This document shows, piece by piece, positions 23,291-37,505 of a DNA stretch of 64,000 bases. Positions within the stretch are counted from its first letter, which is position 1, and every line of letters begins with the position of its first letter. Where the stretch lies: NCBI GenBank assembly GCA_028534125.1, contig CM052816.1, forward strand, positions 14,820,001 to 14,884,000, given 5' to 3'. Source of the DNA: Lama glama. Lineage: Eukaryota. Position numbers and translations under genes: made by a program. The notes beneath the pieces are model-generated. The model was given only the letters and a program-made list of their open reading frames with translations. It did no database searches and was not told the origin of the DNA.

Positions 23291-25574
23291 AATATAGGAG
23301 TTTTGTACATGATAAAGATGGGATCTCAAATTACTGAGACAAAGATGAAGTTTTTAGTAAATGATACTGGGACAACTGGATAGCCACTTAGGAAAAGTGG
23401 TAAAATTAATTCCATATGTCAGCACACACAAGAATAAAGTTCATATAGGTCAGGGATCTAAATCTAAAGACTGAAACACCACACAAGTACTAGAAGAAAA
23501 CTATGATAATTGTTTCTATACCTGAGTGTAGGGCAAGGCTTTCTATTACTCAAAACCTAAATGTAATACAAGAAAAGACTGAATCATTTGATTATATGAA
23601 GAGAAAAATGAAGGGGAAAAAAGACTGCATTGCAAGCATACCAAAAAAAGTTGAAAATACATAACTTACTGGGAGAAAATACTTGCAACTTTTATCTTGG
23701 AAAAAGGGCTAATATCTCTTAAGTGTACAAATAACTTTTTAAAATTTTAGATTTTCTGAGTGTTTTGTCCTAATAGAAAAATAAATATAAAACATGAACA
23801 AAATTTTTAAAAGAGATAGACTGGCTCTTAAACATTTGAAGAGGTATTTAACTTCAATAGTAATGAGAGAAATTCTAATAAAACTACTTTGAGATTTAAA
23901 AAAACTGATCAGATTGGCAAAAAATTAAAAAGCTTGACAACATACCCTGCAGATGAGGCTATAGGAAAATAAGCATTCTCACCTATTGGAATGAAAAATA
24001 GTACAACCTATATGGAAGGAATTAGTTCTATCTAACAGAACTACATAGGCGTTTACCCAATGACTTAGCAATTTCACTTTTGGAAATGTACCCTAAATAG
24101 ACACCTCTAAAATTATGAAAATACATATGCACTAGGTTATTCATTACAGCATTATTGGTAACAGCAAAAGTATTGGAAACTATCTCAATGGAAAACTATA
24201 GTTGGTTAAATAGACTATAATATATACACATACAATGAAGTTTTATGAAACTATAAAAAGAAAAGATCTTTGTAAATTGATATAGAATGATTTTGAAGAT
24301 ATATTGTTAGCGCAAAAGGCAAAGTGAAAATTTTTTTCTTGACAATGTGGAACTAACCATTGATGAAACTATATGGAAAAATATTTTTTAAACATTGGCT
24401 CAAAAGAAGTGTAAGATAGAGAAGGGAAGCAATGGGATGAGCCCTAGGATCTCTGGGGTTTTTTTCCCTAGAGGCAATTTTCAGAGAAAAAAAGACTGAA
24501 AAAAATAAACAGAGTTTCAGCAACTCTGTGGGAAAAATATCAAGCGGTCTAACATAAGTGCAATTGGAGTTCTATACGTGTGTGAGAGAAAGAGAGCGTG
24601 CGTGCATGTGTCTGTGAGAGAGAGACAGAGAGAGGAACAGAGGGAGAGAAACGGTATCTGAATAAGTAAAATCCAAAACTTTCTAAATTTAAAGAAAATT
24701 ATAGACCCACACAATTAAGAAGCTGAAGCATCTTATACCCCAAGTAGGATTAAACACACCATAAAGAAAGTGCACCGTAAGGAAACACACAGGAAAGAGA
24801 AACACACCAAGGTCCATCATCATCATTTCTGAAAACCATTGATAAACAGAAAAATTTAGAAGCAGTAAGAGGAAAATAAATATTAAGAGGAAAATAAATA
24901 TTAAATAGAGGGGAACAAAGATAAGAAACATTCTACACTTCTCAGAAATAATGCAAGGCAGAAGAGAGGAACAGTATCTTTAAAGTGCCAAAAGCAAAAA
25001 CAAAAAACAAAAAAACTGGCAACCTAGAATTCTGTATCTATCAAAGGTAACTTTCAGAAATGAAGGTGAAATCAAGATTTTTTTTTCAGATAAAAACCAA
25101 GAAAATTTGCAACCAGCAGATCTATGCTGCCAGAAACATTAAAGGAAGCTCTTTAGTCTAAAGGAAAAGTGACACCAGACGGAAACTTGTGTCTACGTAA
25201 AGAATCAGTGACAGAAATGATAAAAATGATATTAAAGACTTCTCTTCTCACTTTTTAATTTCTTTAAAAGACAACTGATTATTCAAAGCAAAAATAGTAA
25301 CAACATATTGTGGAGCTTAAAATATTGCAGTAGTAAAATGTGTGGCAACAATGGCATAAAAAAACAAAGGAGAGAAATTGAAGTATACTATTATAGGGAA
25401 CTTACATTATATGTGAAGTAGTGTAATATTATTTGAGTTCTATTACTTTCATGGTTATAAGTTAAAGATGCATAGTATAAGCTGTAAAACAACCATTTAA
25501 AGAGGATATCTAATAAACTATTATCGGAGACAAAATGGAATACTGAACAATACTCAATCTAAAAGAATGCAGGA

Positions 25575-26260
25575 GGATCTCTGGTCAAGATGGCGGAGTA
25601 GTAGGACCATGAGCTCCCCTCTCCTTGCAATTACAACAAAACCACAATTGACCTCTAAACAACCGTGAAAAAAAAAAAAAAGACTGGAACCTAGCAAAAA
25701 AGATCTTCAACTGGAAACAAAGAGGGAACCACAGCAGGATGTGTAGGAGGGGTTTGCTTGCAATATAATTATTCTTCAGCTTGTATGGGGTCTGATTAAG
25801 TCACAGAGGATCTCTCATAGGAGTGAGAATTCTAAGCCCCACATCAGGCTCCCCAGCCCAGGGTTCTGGCATTGAGGGGAGGAGACCCCAGGACATCTGG
25901 TTTTGAAGGCCAGTGGGGCTTGGCTCCAGGAACCCCACAAGACTGGGGGAATTAGAGACTTCACTCTCTTGAGAAGCATATGCAGACTCTCACATGTGCC
26001 AGGTCCAAGGGCAGAGGCACTGGTTTTGTGGGAAACTGGGCCACACCTACCCACTGGTTTTGGAGGGGCTCCTAGGGAGGTAGGGAATGGCTGCAGCTCA
26101 CTCAGGGGACAGACATTCCTAGTGTTTATCTACATGAGCTTTCCTGGAGGCTGACAACTTGATTGGATCATTAGCACCAAGCCTAACCCCACCTAACAGC
26201 CTGCAGGCTTAAGAGCTGGGAAGCCTCAGGCAAACAACATACTGGGTGGGAACACCATCC
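25575..26260 (+). mobile_element. Isolated L1-type 5' UTR, copy 2
   Basis: Starts gtcaagatggcggagtagtaggaccatgagctcccc and shares blocks with copy 1 (agactggaacctagcaaaaaa, aggacatctgg, ccaggtccaagggcagaggca). Confidence 0.7.
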
Positions 26261-28721
26261 AGTACGATAGCAGGAAAATCTCCAAACACTTGGAAATAAA
26301 ACACAGTTCTAAATAATCCATAGGTTAAAGAGTAAGTCTCAAAGGAAATTTTAAAATACATTGAAATGAATGAAAATTAAAATACAACATATCAAAATTT
26401 ATGGGCTGCAACTAAAGCATTCCTGAGAGGGAAATGTATAGCACTAAAGATAAAATTCTCAAATCAAACTATAATCTTACCCCAACAAACTAGAAAAAGA
26501 GCTAAATAAACACAGAGCAAGCAGAAGCAAAGAAATAAATCCAAGATTGTAGATCAATGAAACTGAACTTCTAGGTATATATCTAAGATAAATTAAAACA
26601 TATATTCATACAAAGACTTGTAGCAAATGTTCACAGCAACATTTTTCACAGTAGACCAAAACTAGAATCAACCCAAATGTCCATCAATGGATGAATGGAT
26701 AAACAAAGTGTAATATATATTTACAATGAAATACTATTTGACAATGAAAGGAATGAAGTGCTGATAAAAGCTACAATATGGACAAACCTCAAAATTATAC
26801 CAACTGAAAGAAGCCAACGCAAAAAAAACTACACATTTTACATGAAATTTCTACAAAGGGAAGAACTATAGAGACTGAAATCAAATCAGTGATTTACTGG
26901 GACTCAGAGTGGTAGTGGGAAATTACTGCAAGAGACCACAAAGGAAGTCTTTGCAATAAAAGAAATGTTCTAAAACTGGATAGTGGGGATGGGGATGGTA
27001 GCATAAACATACAAAGTACTAAAACTTGTATAACTTGTCACCCTCAAAATGGGTGAAGATTATGATATGTAAATTAGACCTCAATGAAACTGCTTTAAAA
27101 GAAACAGAAAAAAACCAATGGCACAAAAAGCTAGTTCTTTGAAAACTAGTAAAATTGGTAAACAAACTGACAAACTCTAGCAAGACTGACAAACCAGTAT
27201 CCACACTGAAACAGGGAGTATCACATCAGACCTCAGCAATATTAAAAGGAATATAAGGGAATATTATTAACAACTGTTTGCACATTAACTTAACAATTTA
27301 AATGCAATGGACCAATTGCTCAAAAATAAAAGCTACCACAACTTACCAATGTAAAATGGATAAATTGTCCTATAGCTAGGAGAAAAGTTGAATTTATAGT
27401 TTAAAAAATTCCCCAAAAGAAATCTTTAAGTCCAGATAGTTGCACTTGAGAATTCCAAAATTGTAAAGAAGATTTAACACTGATTCTGCAATTTCTTCCC
27501 CCAAATAGAAGAAAACACTTTCCATTTTACTTTATGAATCAAGTATTACCCTGATATTAAAGCCAAAGACAGCACACAAAAAAGAAAACTATAAACCAAC
27601 ATTCCTCATGAATATAGACACAAAAACCCTTAACAAAATATTAGCAAACAGAATTCAGAATATGCAAAAAGAATTACACATCATGACCAACTGGAATTTA
27701 TTCCAGAGATGCAAGACTGTTCAATATTTTAAAATTAGTTAATATAATTCACCATAGTACCAAGCTTAAAGAGAAATATCACATGATTGCATACACTGGT
27801 GCAGAAAAAGTGTGCGACAATTTATGGGAAAAAAACCCATTTATGAAAAAACCCACCACCCTCAGAAAACAAATAAGGGACACTTCCTCACTTTAATGAA
27901 GAGCACCCACAGAAACCTACAAACATTACACTCAATAGTAAAAGACTAAATCTCCCTCCCTAAGACTGCGAACAAACCAAAGATGTCCACTATTACTATT
28001 CTTTTTCAGCATAGTACTAGAAGTTGTAGCCAGTGCAACAGGCTAGAAAAAGACCAAAAAGACACAGATTGAAACAACGTGATACTGTTTTATTTGCAGA
28101 TGACATGACTGTCTACATAGACAATCCCAAAGCGTCTACAAGAAAACTCGTATAAACATTAAGTGACTTCAGCAAGGTCATGGAATAGAAGATCAACATG
28201 TAAAAGTCAACTGTATTTTTATACACTATCAATGAGCATATGGAATTGAAATTAAAACCTAACATCACTTACAATTGCTCAAAAAGTAAAATTCTTCGGT
28301 AAAACTCTAACAAAATATGCGCAGAACCAATAGGCTGAAACTTACAAAATGCTGAGGACAGTGATCTAAGAATACCTAAATAAATGGAGAGAAGGAAATA
28401 TAATATTCATGGATTGAAAACTCAACATAGTCAATGTCAGTTCCCCCCACTTCAGTCTCTAGGTTTGATGTGATTCCTATAAAATATGAGCAAGGTGTTT
28501 TTTCTAATATAGACAATCTTATTCTAAAAGTTGTATGTAAAGGCACAGCCCTAGAATAGCTAAAACAACCCTGAAAAAGAAGAAACAGTGAAATGAATTA
28601 TTCTAATCAATTTTAAGACTTACAAAATAGTTACAGTAATCAAGACAGTGTGGTACTGGAAGAGACACACATACATAGTTCAATAACCAAGAAATAGCCC
28701 CACACAAGTAAGGCCAACTAG

Positions 28722-29012
28722 TTTTTTTTTTAAGCCAAAAAGATTTATTGGCTAACATAACTGAAATCCAGAAGTAAGAAGATGTTGTGCTTAGTGTGAT
28801 CCAGCACCATTAATATGTCACCAAGTTGATTTCTTTCCTTCTTTCTATTTAACATATAATAGTATTCTTCATGGTGTAGCTTCACACTAAGGCTGCCTGC
28901 CTCCTCCTGCGATCTTAACATGGCTACTGTCAACTCCTGCATACTTCCATTTCCTGAGGAATAAAAAGTATCTTTCTTAAATCCCCACCATACTCTTCTC
29001 TTCAACTTTGTT
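28722..29012 (-). mobile_element. Short polyadenylated retroposed fragment (MLT1/MaLR-like 3' end) inserted in an L1
   Basis: On the minus strand AATAAA (28749-28744), 12 nt, then A10; flanked by aggccaactagtttttt / aggccaactgatttttt. Confidence 0.65.
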
Positions 29013-31340
29013 AGGCCAACTGATTTTTTGACAAAGGTGCAAAAGTGATTTAATGCAGAAAGGGTAGTCTTTTCAACAAACAGTAGTGAAACCATTGGTC
29101 ACTCATAGATTAAAAATTGACTCTCAACCTAAGCATCATACCTTACCCAAAAATTAACTCAAAATGGATCATATGTGCCAACATAAAAATTAAAACTATA
29201 AAACTTTAAGAAAACAAAGGAGAAAAATCAGGATTTAGGGTATGTGAACACTTCTTAGATATGACACCAAAAGTATGATCCATAAGATAAACTAATAAAT
29301 TGCACTTCATTGAAATTTTAATGTTTTGCTTTAGGAAGATCCTATTAAGAGGATGAAAAGGCAAGCTATAGACTAGAAGACAGTATTTCCAAACCAATGT
29401 CTGACAAAGGACTCATATCTAGAATATATAAAGAACTCTCAAAATTCAACAACAACAAAAAAACAACAGAAGATGGGCAAAACACATAAACAGATTTCTC
29501 ACTGAAGAAGTGATGGTAAATAAGCATATAAAAAGATTCAATATTATTACCCATCAGATAAATGCAAACTAAAACTACCAAGAGAAACCCTACACCTATC
29601 AGCACAGTTAAAACAGAAAATAGTGACCATACCAAATGCTGATAAGAATGAGAAAAGGCATATCTCATAAATTGCTGTTGGGAATGTAAAATGGTACAAT
29701 CCTCTGGAAAACAGTTTGGTAGTTTGTTACAAAACTAAACATACATTTACCATCTGATATAGCCATTGCAATCCTGGGCATATATGCCAGAAAAATGTAA
29801 ACTTATGTCACAAAAACTTATATACAATGTTCATAGCAGCTTTATTTGTAATAGCTCCAAACTGGAAGCAACTCAAATGTCTTCCAAGAGGTAAATGGCT
29901 AAACTATGGTATATCCATATAATGGGACACTCCTACGTGATAAAAAGAAACAAACTCAATATCTGCAACTATAACTTTGGTGGTTCTCAAGGGCATAATG
30001 CTAGGTGAACAAAAAATCTCAAAAACATTATATACTGTATCCTACCATTTATATAACATTTTACAAATGACAAAATTATAGGAATGGTAAACAGATTTGT
30101 GGTCACCAGGGATTAGGGCAATATGAGAGTTCTTTGTGGTGATGGAACATTTCTGTATTTGATTGTGGTGCTGGTGGTGGTTATACCAATCTATGCACAT
30201 TATAAAGTTAGAGAACTATTCATAGACACACAAAAATGGGTGCATATAAAAACCGTTGAAATTTGAATAAGGTCTGTAGATTGTAGCAATGTTAATTTCC
30301 TGATTTTGATAAACTACAGTAAAGTAAGATATTACTGTTTGGGGAAGTCAAGTGATGGATACCTGGGACCTCTCTGTACTATTTTTGCAACTTTCTGTGA
30401 ATATAAATTTAAATAAAAGTTAAAAGTTTAAAAAACTGTATGGACTTAATAATACAGCTTAATATATGAAAAAATGTATGATACAAAAACTGATATACCT
30501 GAAAGGAGAAGGAAAAACCTATACTTACAGTTGAAGATTTCAATTCTCTGTCAATGATTGATAGAATGAGTAGACACAAAATCAGTAAGAATACAGAAGG
30601 CTGAACAACACTATCAACCAACTTGATCTAGTTGACAATTGTAAGGCACAAAAATCACTAATAGCAGAATGTATTTTTAGGTGTGCAAGAACCATTAACC
30701 AAGATGGACTATAGCCTGTGCCATAAAACAAATTTTAATAAATTTAAAAGAGTAGAAATCACGCAATGTTATTGGGTCATAATAAATTAAATTAGAAATT
30801 GCTGACAAAACATATTTGGGTAATCCTCAAATATTTGGAAATTAAATAATATTCTTTTATGTAAACTATGAGTCAAAGAAGAAATTATAAGGTGTATTAG
30901 AAAACATTTTTAACTTTAGTGGAAACATAACATCCAAAATTAGTTGGATGCAGCTAAAGGTCAGAGAAAATTTAAATACTCACTAGAAAAAAATATAAAG
31001 TCAATGATCATACCTACAATCTTAAGCAGTTAGAAAAAAAGAGTATATTAAACCTAAAACTGGTAGAAGGAAGGAAAAATAGAGTGGAAATTAATGAAAC
31101 AGGCAAACAGAAAAATCAGTGAAATCAAAAACTATCACCTTAATAACAAAATGAAGCAAAGAAATTGTAAGAAAGTTTATTACAGACCAATATACTTCAT
31201 AAACTTACATGCAAAAATTTTTTTGCATAATATTAGCATACTGAGTACAGCAACATAGAAAAGACTAGAATATTGTAACCAACTTGGATATAGTCTAAAA
31301 ATGCAAACTTGATTAAACATTCAAAAATCAATCTGTAATT

Positions 31341-34300
31341 GCACCTAAATACATACAACAAATACGAACAGACAAAGGGAGAAATTAATGGGAATACAAT
31401 AATAGTAGGAGACTTTAACACTCCACTAACATCACTGGACAGATCTTCCAGACAGAAAATTAACAAGGCAACAGAAATACTAAATGATACAACAGTTATA
31501 TTTAAATTAGTATTTTCAGGACATTACATCCAAAAAAACAGAATATATATTCTTTTCAAGTGCACATAGAACATTCTCTAGAATAGATCACATACTCAAA
31601 CACAAAACAAGCCTCAAAAAATTTAAGAGGATAGAAATTATTTCAAAGCATCTTTTCTGACCACAATGGAATGAAACTAGAAATCAGGCACAGAAAGAGA
31701 AATGAAAAACAAAAAAGATTGCATGGAGATTAAACATGATACTAAGAAACCAATGGGTCAAGGATGAAATCAAAGAGGAAATTTAATATCTTGAGACAAA
31801 TGACAGTGAAAATACAACCACAGAAAATCTATGGCATGCGGCAAAAGCATTCCTCTTAAGAGGTAAGTGCATAGAAATATAAGCCTTCCTCAAAAAAATA
31901 AGAAAAATCTCTAACAAACAACCTAACCTACCACCTAATAAAATTAGAAAAAGAAGAACAAACTTAAAGTCAGCACAAGGAATAATAAAGATAAGGGAGG
32001 AAATAGAGACTAAAAAAAAAAAACAAATCAGTAAAATGAAGACCTGGTTTTTTTTTTTTTGATAGAGTAAACAAAAATCAACAAACCTCTGGCTATGCTC
32101 ACCAAGAAAAGAGAACCCAAATAAATAAGAAACAAAACAGGAGAAATAACCATACCACAAAAATACCAAAAACTTAAGAAAATACAGTGAACAATTATAT
32201 ATGCCAACAAATTGGATAACCTAGAAGAAATGGACAAGTTTCTAGAAACGTACAGTCCACCAAAACTGAATCAAGAAAAAAATAGGTAATTTGAACAAAC
32301 CAATTACTAAAAGTAAAATAGAATCTGTAATTAAAAAAACAAACAAACAGAAAAATTCCCTGCAAACAAAAGTCCAGGACTCGATGGCTTCACTGGGGAA
32401 TTCTACCCAACATACAAAGAACTTACACTGATTCTTCTGAAACTCTTCAAAGATTAAAGAGGAGGGAACATTCCTAAAACCATTCTATGAAGCAACCGTT
32501 ACCCTGATACCAAAACCAGACAGATACTGCCAGCAAAGAAAATTATAGGTTAATATCTTTCATGAATACAGATGCAAAAAATCTCAACAAAATACTAGCA
32601 AACCAAATCCAACAACATAAAAAAGATCATACACTATGATCAAGTCAGATTCATCCCAGGGTCACAACGATGGTTCAACATACGCAAATCAATCAATTTG
32701 ATACATCACAGAAACAAAAGAAAGGACAAAAGCCACATGATCATCTCAATAGATGCAAAAAAGCATTGATAAAATTCAATATCCATTCATGGTAAAAAGA
32801 ACTCTTACTAAAGTGGGCACAAACAGAATGTATCTCAACATAATAAAAGCTATTTATGGCAAACCCACACCAATGTAATTCTCAACAGTGAAAAGTTAAA
32901 TACTTCCCACTAAAATCTGGAACAGGACAAGGGTGCCCACTCTCACCACTTCTATTCAACATAGTATTGTAAGACTTAGTCATACCAATCAGACAAAAAA
33001 ATAAAAAGGATTCAAATTGGAAGAGAAGAGGTAAAACTGTCACTATATGCAGATGATACGATACTACATACAGAAAACCCTAAAAACTCTGCACAAAAAC
33101 TACTAGAGCTCATAAACAAATTCAGCAAGGTAGCAGGTTATAAGAGTAACATACAGAAATCTGTTGCATTTCTTTACACTAACAATGACATATCAGAAAA
33201 GGAAAGTAAAAGAACAATCCCTTTAAAAATCACATCAACAAAACAGAATACTTAGGAATAAACCTGCCCAGGGAGGTGAAAGACTTATACACTGAGAACT
33301 ATAAACCACTGATAAAAGGAAATTAAAAATGATTTAAAGAAACGGAAATACATCTCATGTTCTTGGGCGAGAAAAATATTGTTGAATAGCTATATTACCC
33401 AAAGCAATTTCCAAATTTAATATGTTCCCTATCAGATTATACAGGACATTTTTCACAGAACTAGAATTTAACTAATCCTAAAATTTATATGGACTCACAA
33501 AAGACCCAGAATTGCCAAAGAAATACTGAAGAAAAAGAATGAAGCTGGAGGCATAACCCTTCCAGACTTCCAACAGTATTACAAAGCTACAGCAATTAAA
33601 ACAGTTTGGGACTAGCACAGAACCAGACATAAGGATCAATGGGACAGAATAGAGAGCCCCAAAATAAACCCACACACTTACAGTCATTAATCTTCAACAA
33701 AGAAGGCAAGATGGAGAAAAGACAATCTCTTTGCCAAGTGGTGTTGGGAAAGGTGGACAGCTGCATGTAAATCAGTGAAGTTGGAACACACCCTCACACC
33801 ACACACAAAAATAACATCAAAACGGCTTAAAGACCTGAACGTAAGACAGGACGCCATAAACCTCCTAGAAGAGAATACAGGCAAACTATTCTCTGACACA
33901 TATAGTTGCAATGTTTTCCTAAGTCAGTCTACCCAGGCAATGGAAATAAAAGCAAAAATAAATAAATGGGACCTACTTAAATTTATAAGCTTTTGCACAG
34001 CAAAGGAAACCATAAACAAAAAGACAGCTTATGGAATGGACAAAATTTTTGCAAACGATATGACTAACAAGGGCTTAACTTCCAGAATATACAAACAGCT
34101 CATACAACTCAATAGCCAAAAAAACAAAAAACCAAAAAACCCAAAAAACAACAATAAAGTAAAGGACAGAATACCTAAACAGACATTTCTCTAAAGATAT
34201 AAAGAAGGCCAAGAGGCATATCAAAAGATCCTCAATACCACTTATTATCAGAAAAATGCAAATCAAAACTACAGTGAAGTATCACACTGATCAGAATGGC

Positions 34301-35029
34301 TATCTTTAAGAAGTCCACAAAATGATAAATGTTGGAGAGGGTGAGGAGAAAAGGCAATCCTCCTACACTGCTGGTGGGAATGTAGTTTGGTGAAGTCACT
34401 ATGGGAAACAGTATGGAGATTTCTTAAACTAAAAATAGACTTACCATATGACCCAGCAATCCCATGCCTGGGCCTATATCCAGAGGAAACTCCAATTCAA
34501 AAAGATAACATGCACCCCAATGTTTATAACAGCACTATTTACAACAGTCAAGACACAGAAACAACCTAAATGTCCATCAACAGATGACTGGATAGAGAAG
34601 TTGTAGTATATATGTAAATGGACTACTACTCAGCCATAAAAAAGAACGAAATAATGCCATTTGAAGCAACATAGATGGACATAGACACTATCATACTATG
34701 TGAAGTAAATCAGAGAAAGACAAATATCACATGTCACTTTTATGTAGAATCTAAAAAATTACAAACTCACAAACATAGAAAACAAACCTATGGTTACCAA
34801 AGTGGAAAGAGTGGAGGAGGGATAAATTAGAAGTTAGGGATTAGCAGACAGAAATTATTATATACAAAATAGATAAATAACAAAGTCCTATGGTATAGCA
34901 CAAGGAACTATAGTTAGTATCTTATAATAACCTCTAATACAAAAGAATATGAAAAAGTATGTATGACTGAATCACTATGATGTACACCAGAAACCAACAC
35001 GACATTGTAAATCAAGTATATGTCAATTA
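31341..35029 (+). mobile_element. Younger ~3.7 kb L1 (nearly complete but disrupted ORF2 plus 3' UTR) with an 18-bp TSD
   Basis: IIVGDFNTPLTSLDRSSRQKINK (endonuclease), tatgcagatgat (YADD) at ~33046, 3' UTR. TSD aaaaatcaatctgtaatt (31323-31340) / aaaaatccatctttaatt (35030-35047). Confidence 0.92.
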
Positions 35030-35239
35030 AAAAATCCATCTTTAATTTACCATATTAACAGATTAAAACAGAAAAGCTCTATAATCATTTCAATAGACGC
35101 AAATTTTTTTGACAAATACAACAGTCATTAATGATAAGCTCTAAACAAACTAGAATTAGAACTTTCTCAATCTATGTTTATGGAATCTTATGGTGAAAGA
35201 CTAAATGCTTTCCATAAGAAAAGATCAGAAACAAGGTAA

Positions 35240-35341
35240 GCATTAAAAATAAATAAATAAAACTAATCACCCCCAAAAAAAGATTTAAAAAAAAAGAATA
35301 AACAAATCTTAAAAAAAAATAGGTATGTTTAAAAAAAAAGA
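35240..35341 (+). mobile_element. 5'-truncated SINE tail (vic-1-like)
   Basis: attaaaaataaataaataaaactaatcacccccaaaaaa resembles the tails of the two full SINEs; flanked by agaaacaagg(t/c)aa on both sides. Confidence 0.55.
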
Positions 35342-35606
35342 AGAAACAAGGCAAAGATTTCCACTCCTATCATTTCTATTCAGTTTTTCCCTGGAAGTTG
35401 TAACCAATGCAATAGGGCAAATAACAAAATAAAAAGGCATACAGATTGAAAAGGAAGAAATAAAACTATTATTTGCAGAAAACATATTTGTATATTTAGA
35501 GAATCCTAAGCAATCTACCACAAAAAAAAACCCTTCTAGACCTAAATAGGCAATTTATTAAGCGCCCGGAGTAGAAGGTCAACACACAAAAATTGTAATT
35601 CTATAT

Positions 35607-35705
35607 GAAAACGAATATATGTATGCATATGCATGAGTAGGACATTGTGTGGTACGCCAGAAACTGACACATCGTAACTGACTGTGCTTCAATTAAAAAA
35701 TTACT
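35607..35705 (+). mobile_element. ~100-bp L1 3' tail insertion
   Basis: gaatatatgtatgcatatgcatgag...gtacgccagaaactgacacatcgtaactgactgtgcttcaattaaaaaa, flanked by tt(g/a)taattctatat. Confidence 0.65.
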
Positions 35706-37505
35706 TATAATTCTATATACTGGCAATGACCAATTAGAGAATGACATTTTTAAAATGCCATTTAGAATTGCAGAAAACATTAAATACTAAGCAATAAATA
35801 TATCAAAACATAAAGATCATCTGCACACTGAGAAACATGAAACAGTGCTTAGAGAAGTTAAAATACTTCAGAGAGAAGCCATGTTCATAGATTGAAAAAT
35901 TCAATAATGTTAATTTTTCCCAAACTAAAGCTACAGATTCAATGCAACCCTAATCAATATCCTGAAGCCTTTTTAGTTTTTCAAGAAAGTGACAGGATGA
36001 TGTAAAAATTTATATAAAAATCAGAAGATCTAGAATAACAAAAACAATTTTGAAAAGGAAAGCAAAGTTGGAGAACTAACACTACCTGATTTTAAGACTT
36101 TATTACAGTACTATAAACATATGTACTAGAACAAAGATTCCAGAAAAAGACTATATACGGTCAAATGATTTCTAAGGAAGGTGTCAAGATTATTTAATGG
36201 GGAAAGGATAGTGTTCTCAGCAAATTTTTCCAAAGGGACAACTGAATATTCCTTTAGAAAAATATGAACCTTCACCCTTACCTCATACCATACACAAGCA
36301 TCTACTCAAAAGGAATCATACCAAACTTTAAAGGACAGAACTATAAACCTTCTAGAATACAGTACAAAAGAAATCATCAGAACTTTACAACAGGCAAAGA
36401 CATCTTTCAAAGGGCCTAGGAAATACAGATTATAAAAGGAAGAAATTAATAAACTGGACTTTATCAAAATTACAAATTCGGCTCTTCAAAAGACACTAAG
36501 AAATTGAAAAGTCAAGTCAGTCTTTAAGTCACAATATCCACAAAATATGTATGTGACAAAGAACTCACATCTAGAATATATTTTTTAAAAACTTAATTTT
36601 AAGACAAATAACTCAGTTAAAGACAAACTAGAGATTTGAACAGACTTCAAAAAGAACACAATAGCCAATAAGCACTGGAAAAGATGTTCAGTATCTTTAG
36701 TCAGAAGGAATACAAATTAAAACCACAATGATACAGTACTATGCACCCACTAGAACGGCTAAAATTTAAAGGTCTGACAACAGAAAGCATTGTAGGGATG
36801 TGGAGCATGTGGAACTCTCATATACTGCTGATGTGAACGTAAAGTAATAGCACCACTTTGAAAAATAGTTCTGCAGCTTCTTACAAAGCTAAATATAGAC
36901 CTTCCATATTATATGACCCAGCAATTGTGCTTTTAGGTATTTATTCAAGAACTTTAAAACATAAGCCCACAAAAAGACTTGTACATAAATGTTCTATATC
37001 ACCTTAATTCAGAGTAACACCAAACTTGGAACAACACATGTCCATCAACAGGTGGGTGGATAAACAAATTGTGATGTATCTATACAATGCAATACTGCTC
37101 AGCAGTAAAAAAAGGAGAAAGCTACTGGTATATGCAACAATGTGAATGAATTCCAAAAATATGTTGAGCAAAAGAATGCATATACAAAAGAGTACATGAT
37201 GTAGGATTCCGTTTAGGTGAAATTCTGGAAGAGACAAAACTAATTTATAGTGATAGAAAGCAGGTCAGTGGTTGCCTGGAGCCAGGGATGTGAGGAATTG
37301 ATTTTGAAGGGGCATGAAGGAACTTTTTAGGATTATAATAGAAATGTTCTATATTTTGATTATAGCAGTGGTTATATAGTTGTAAATATTTGTCAAAATT
37401 CATTTAGGTGTATAATTTTTAAAGGTACGTTTTATTACATGTAAATTACACTGCAATAAAACTGATTTTTAAAATTTCTAAAGCAAGTTGCAAAAATGTA
37501 TATGC

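Larger units (their letters stand above)
20730..24330 (+). mobile_element. Old degenerate L1 fragments interrupted by an LTR, a SINE and an L1 5' end
   Basis: A-rich degenerate ORF2 (EN-region and C-terminal phrases, e.g. atgatactgggacaactggatagcc) and 3'-end phrases. Boundaries approximate. Confidence 0.7.
24330..30430 (+). mobile_element. Old long L1 (degenerate ORF1, ORF2 RT region, 3' UTR) with nested inserts
   Basis: ORF1-like phrases (aacctagaattctgtatc, gaaggtgaaatcaag), RT motif tttgcagatgacatg (FADD) at ~28093, 3' end actatttttgcaactttctgtgaatataaa. Confidence 0.8.
30450..37470 (+). mobile_element. Old L1 (ORF2 to 3' end) split by a younger L1 and short tails
   Basis: EN-region remnant at 30450-31340. 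The ORF2 text resumes at ~35048 (taccatattaacagattaaaacag). 3' end at ~37455 (ctgcaataaaactg). Confidence 0.8.

Noticed and set aside
22652..23329. GC-rich ORFs of 63-145 aa resembling a small gene or CpG island
   Set aside because: They lie within a repeated L1-type 5' UTR; the second copy at 25.6 kb does not keep the frames.
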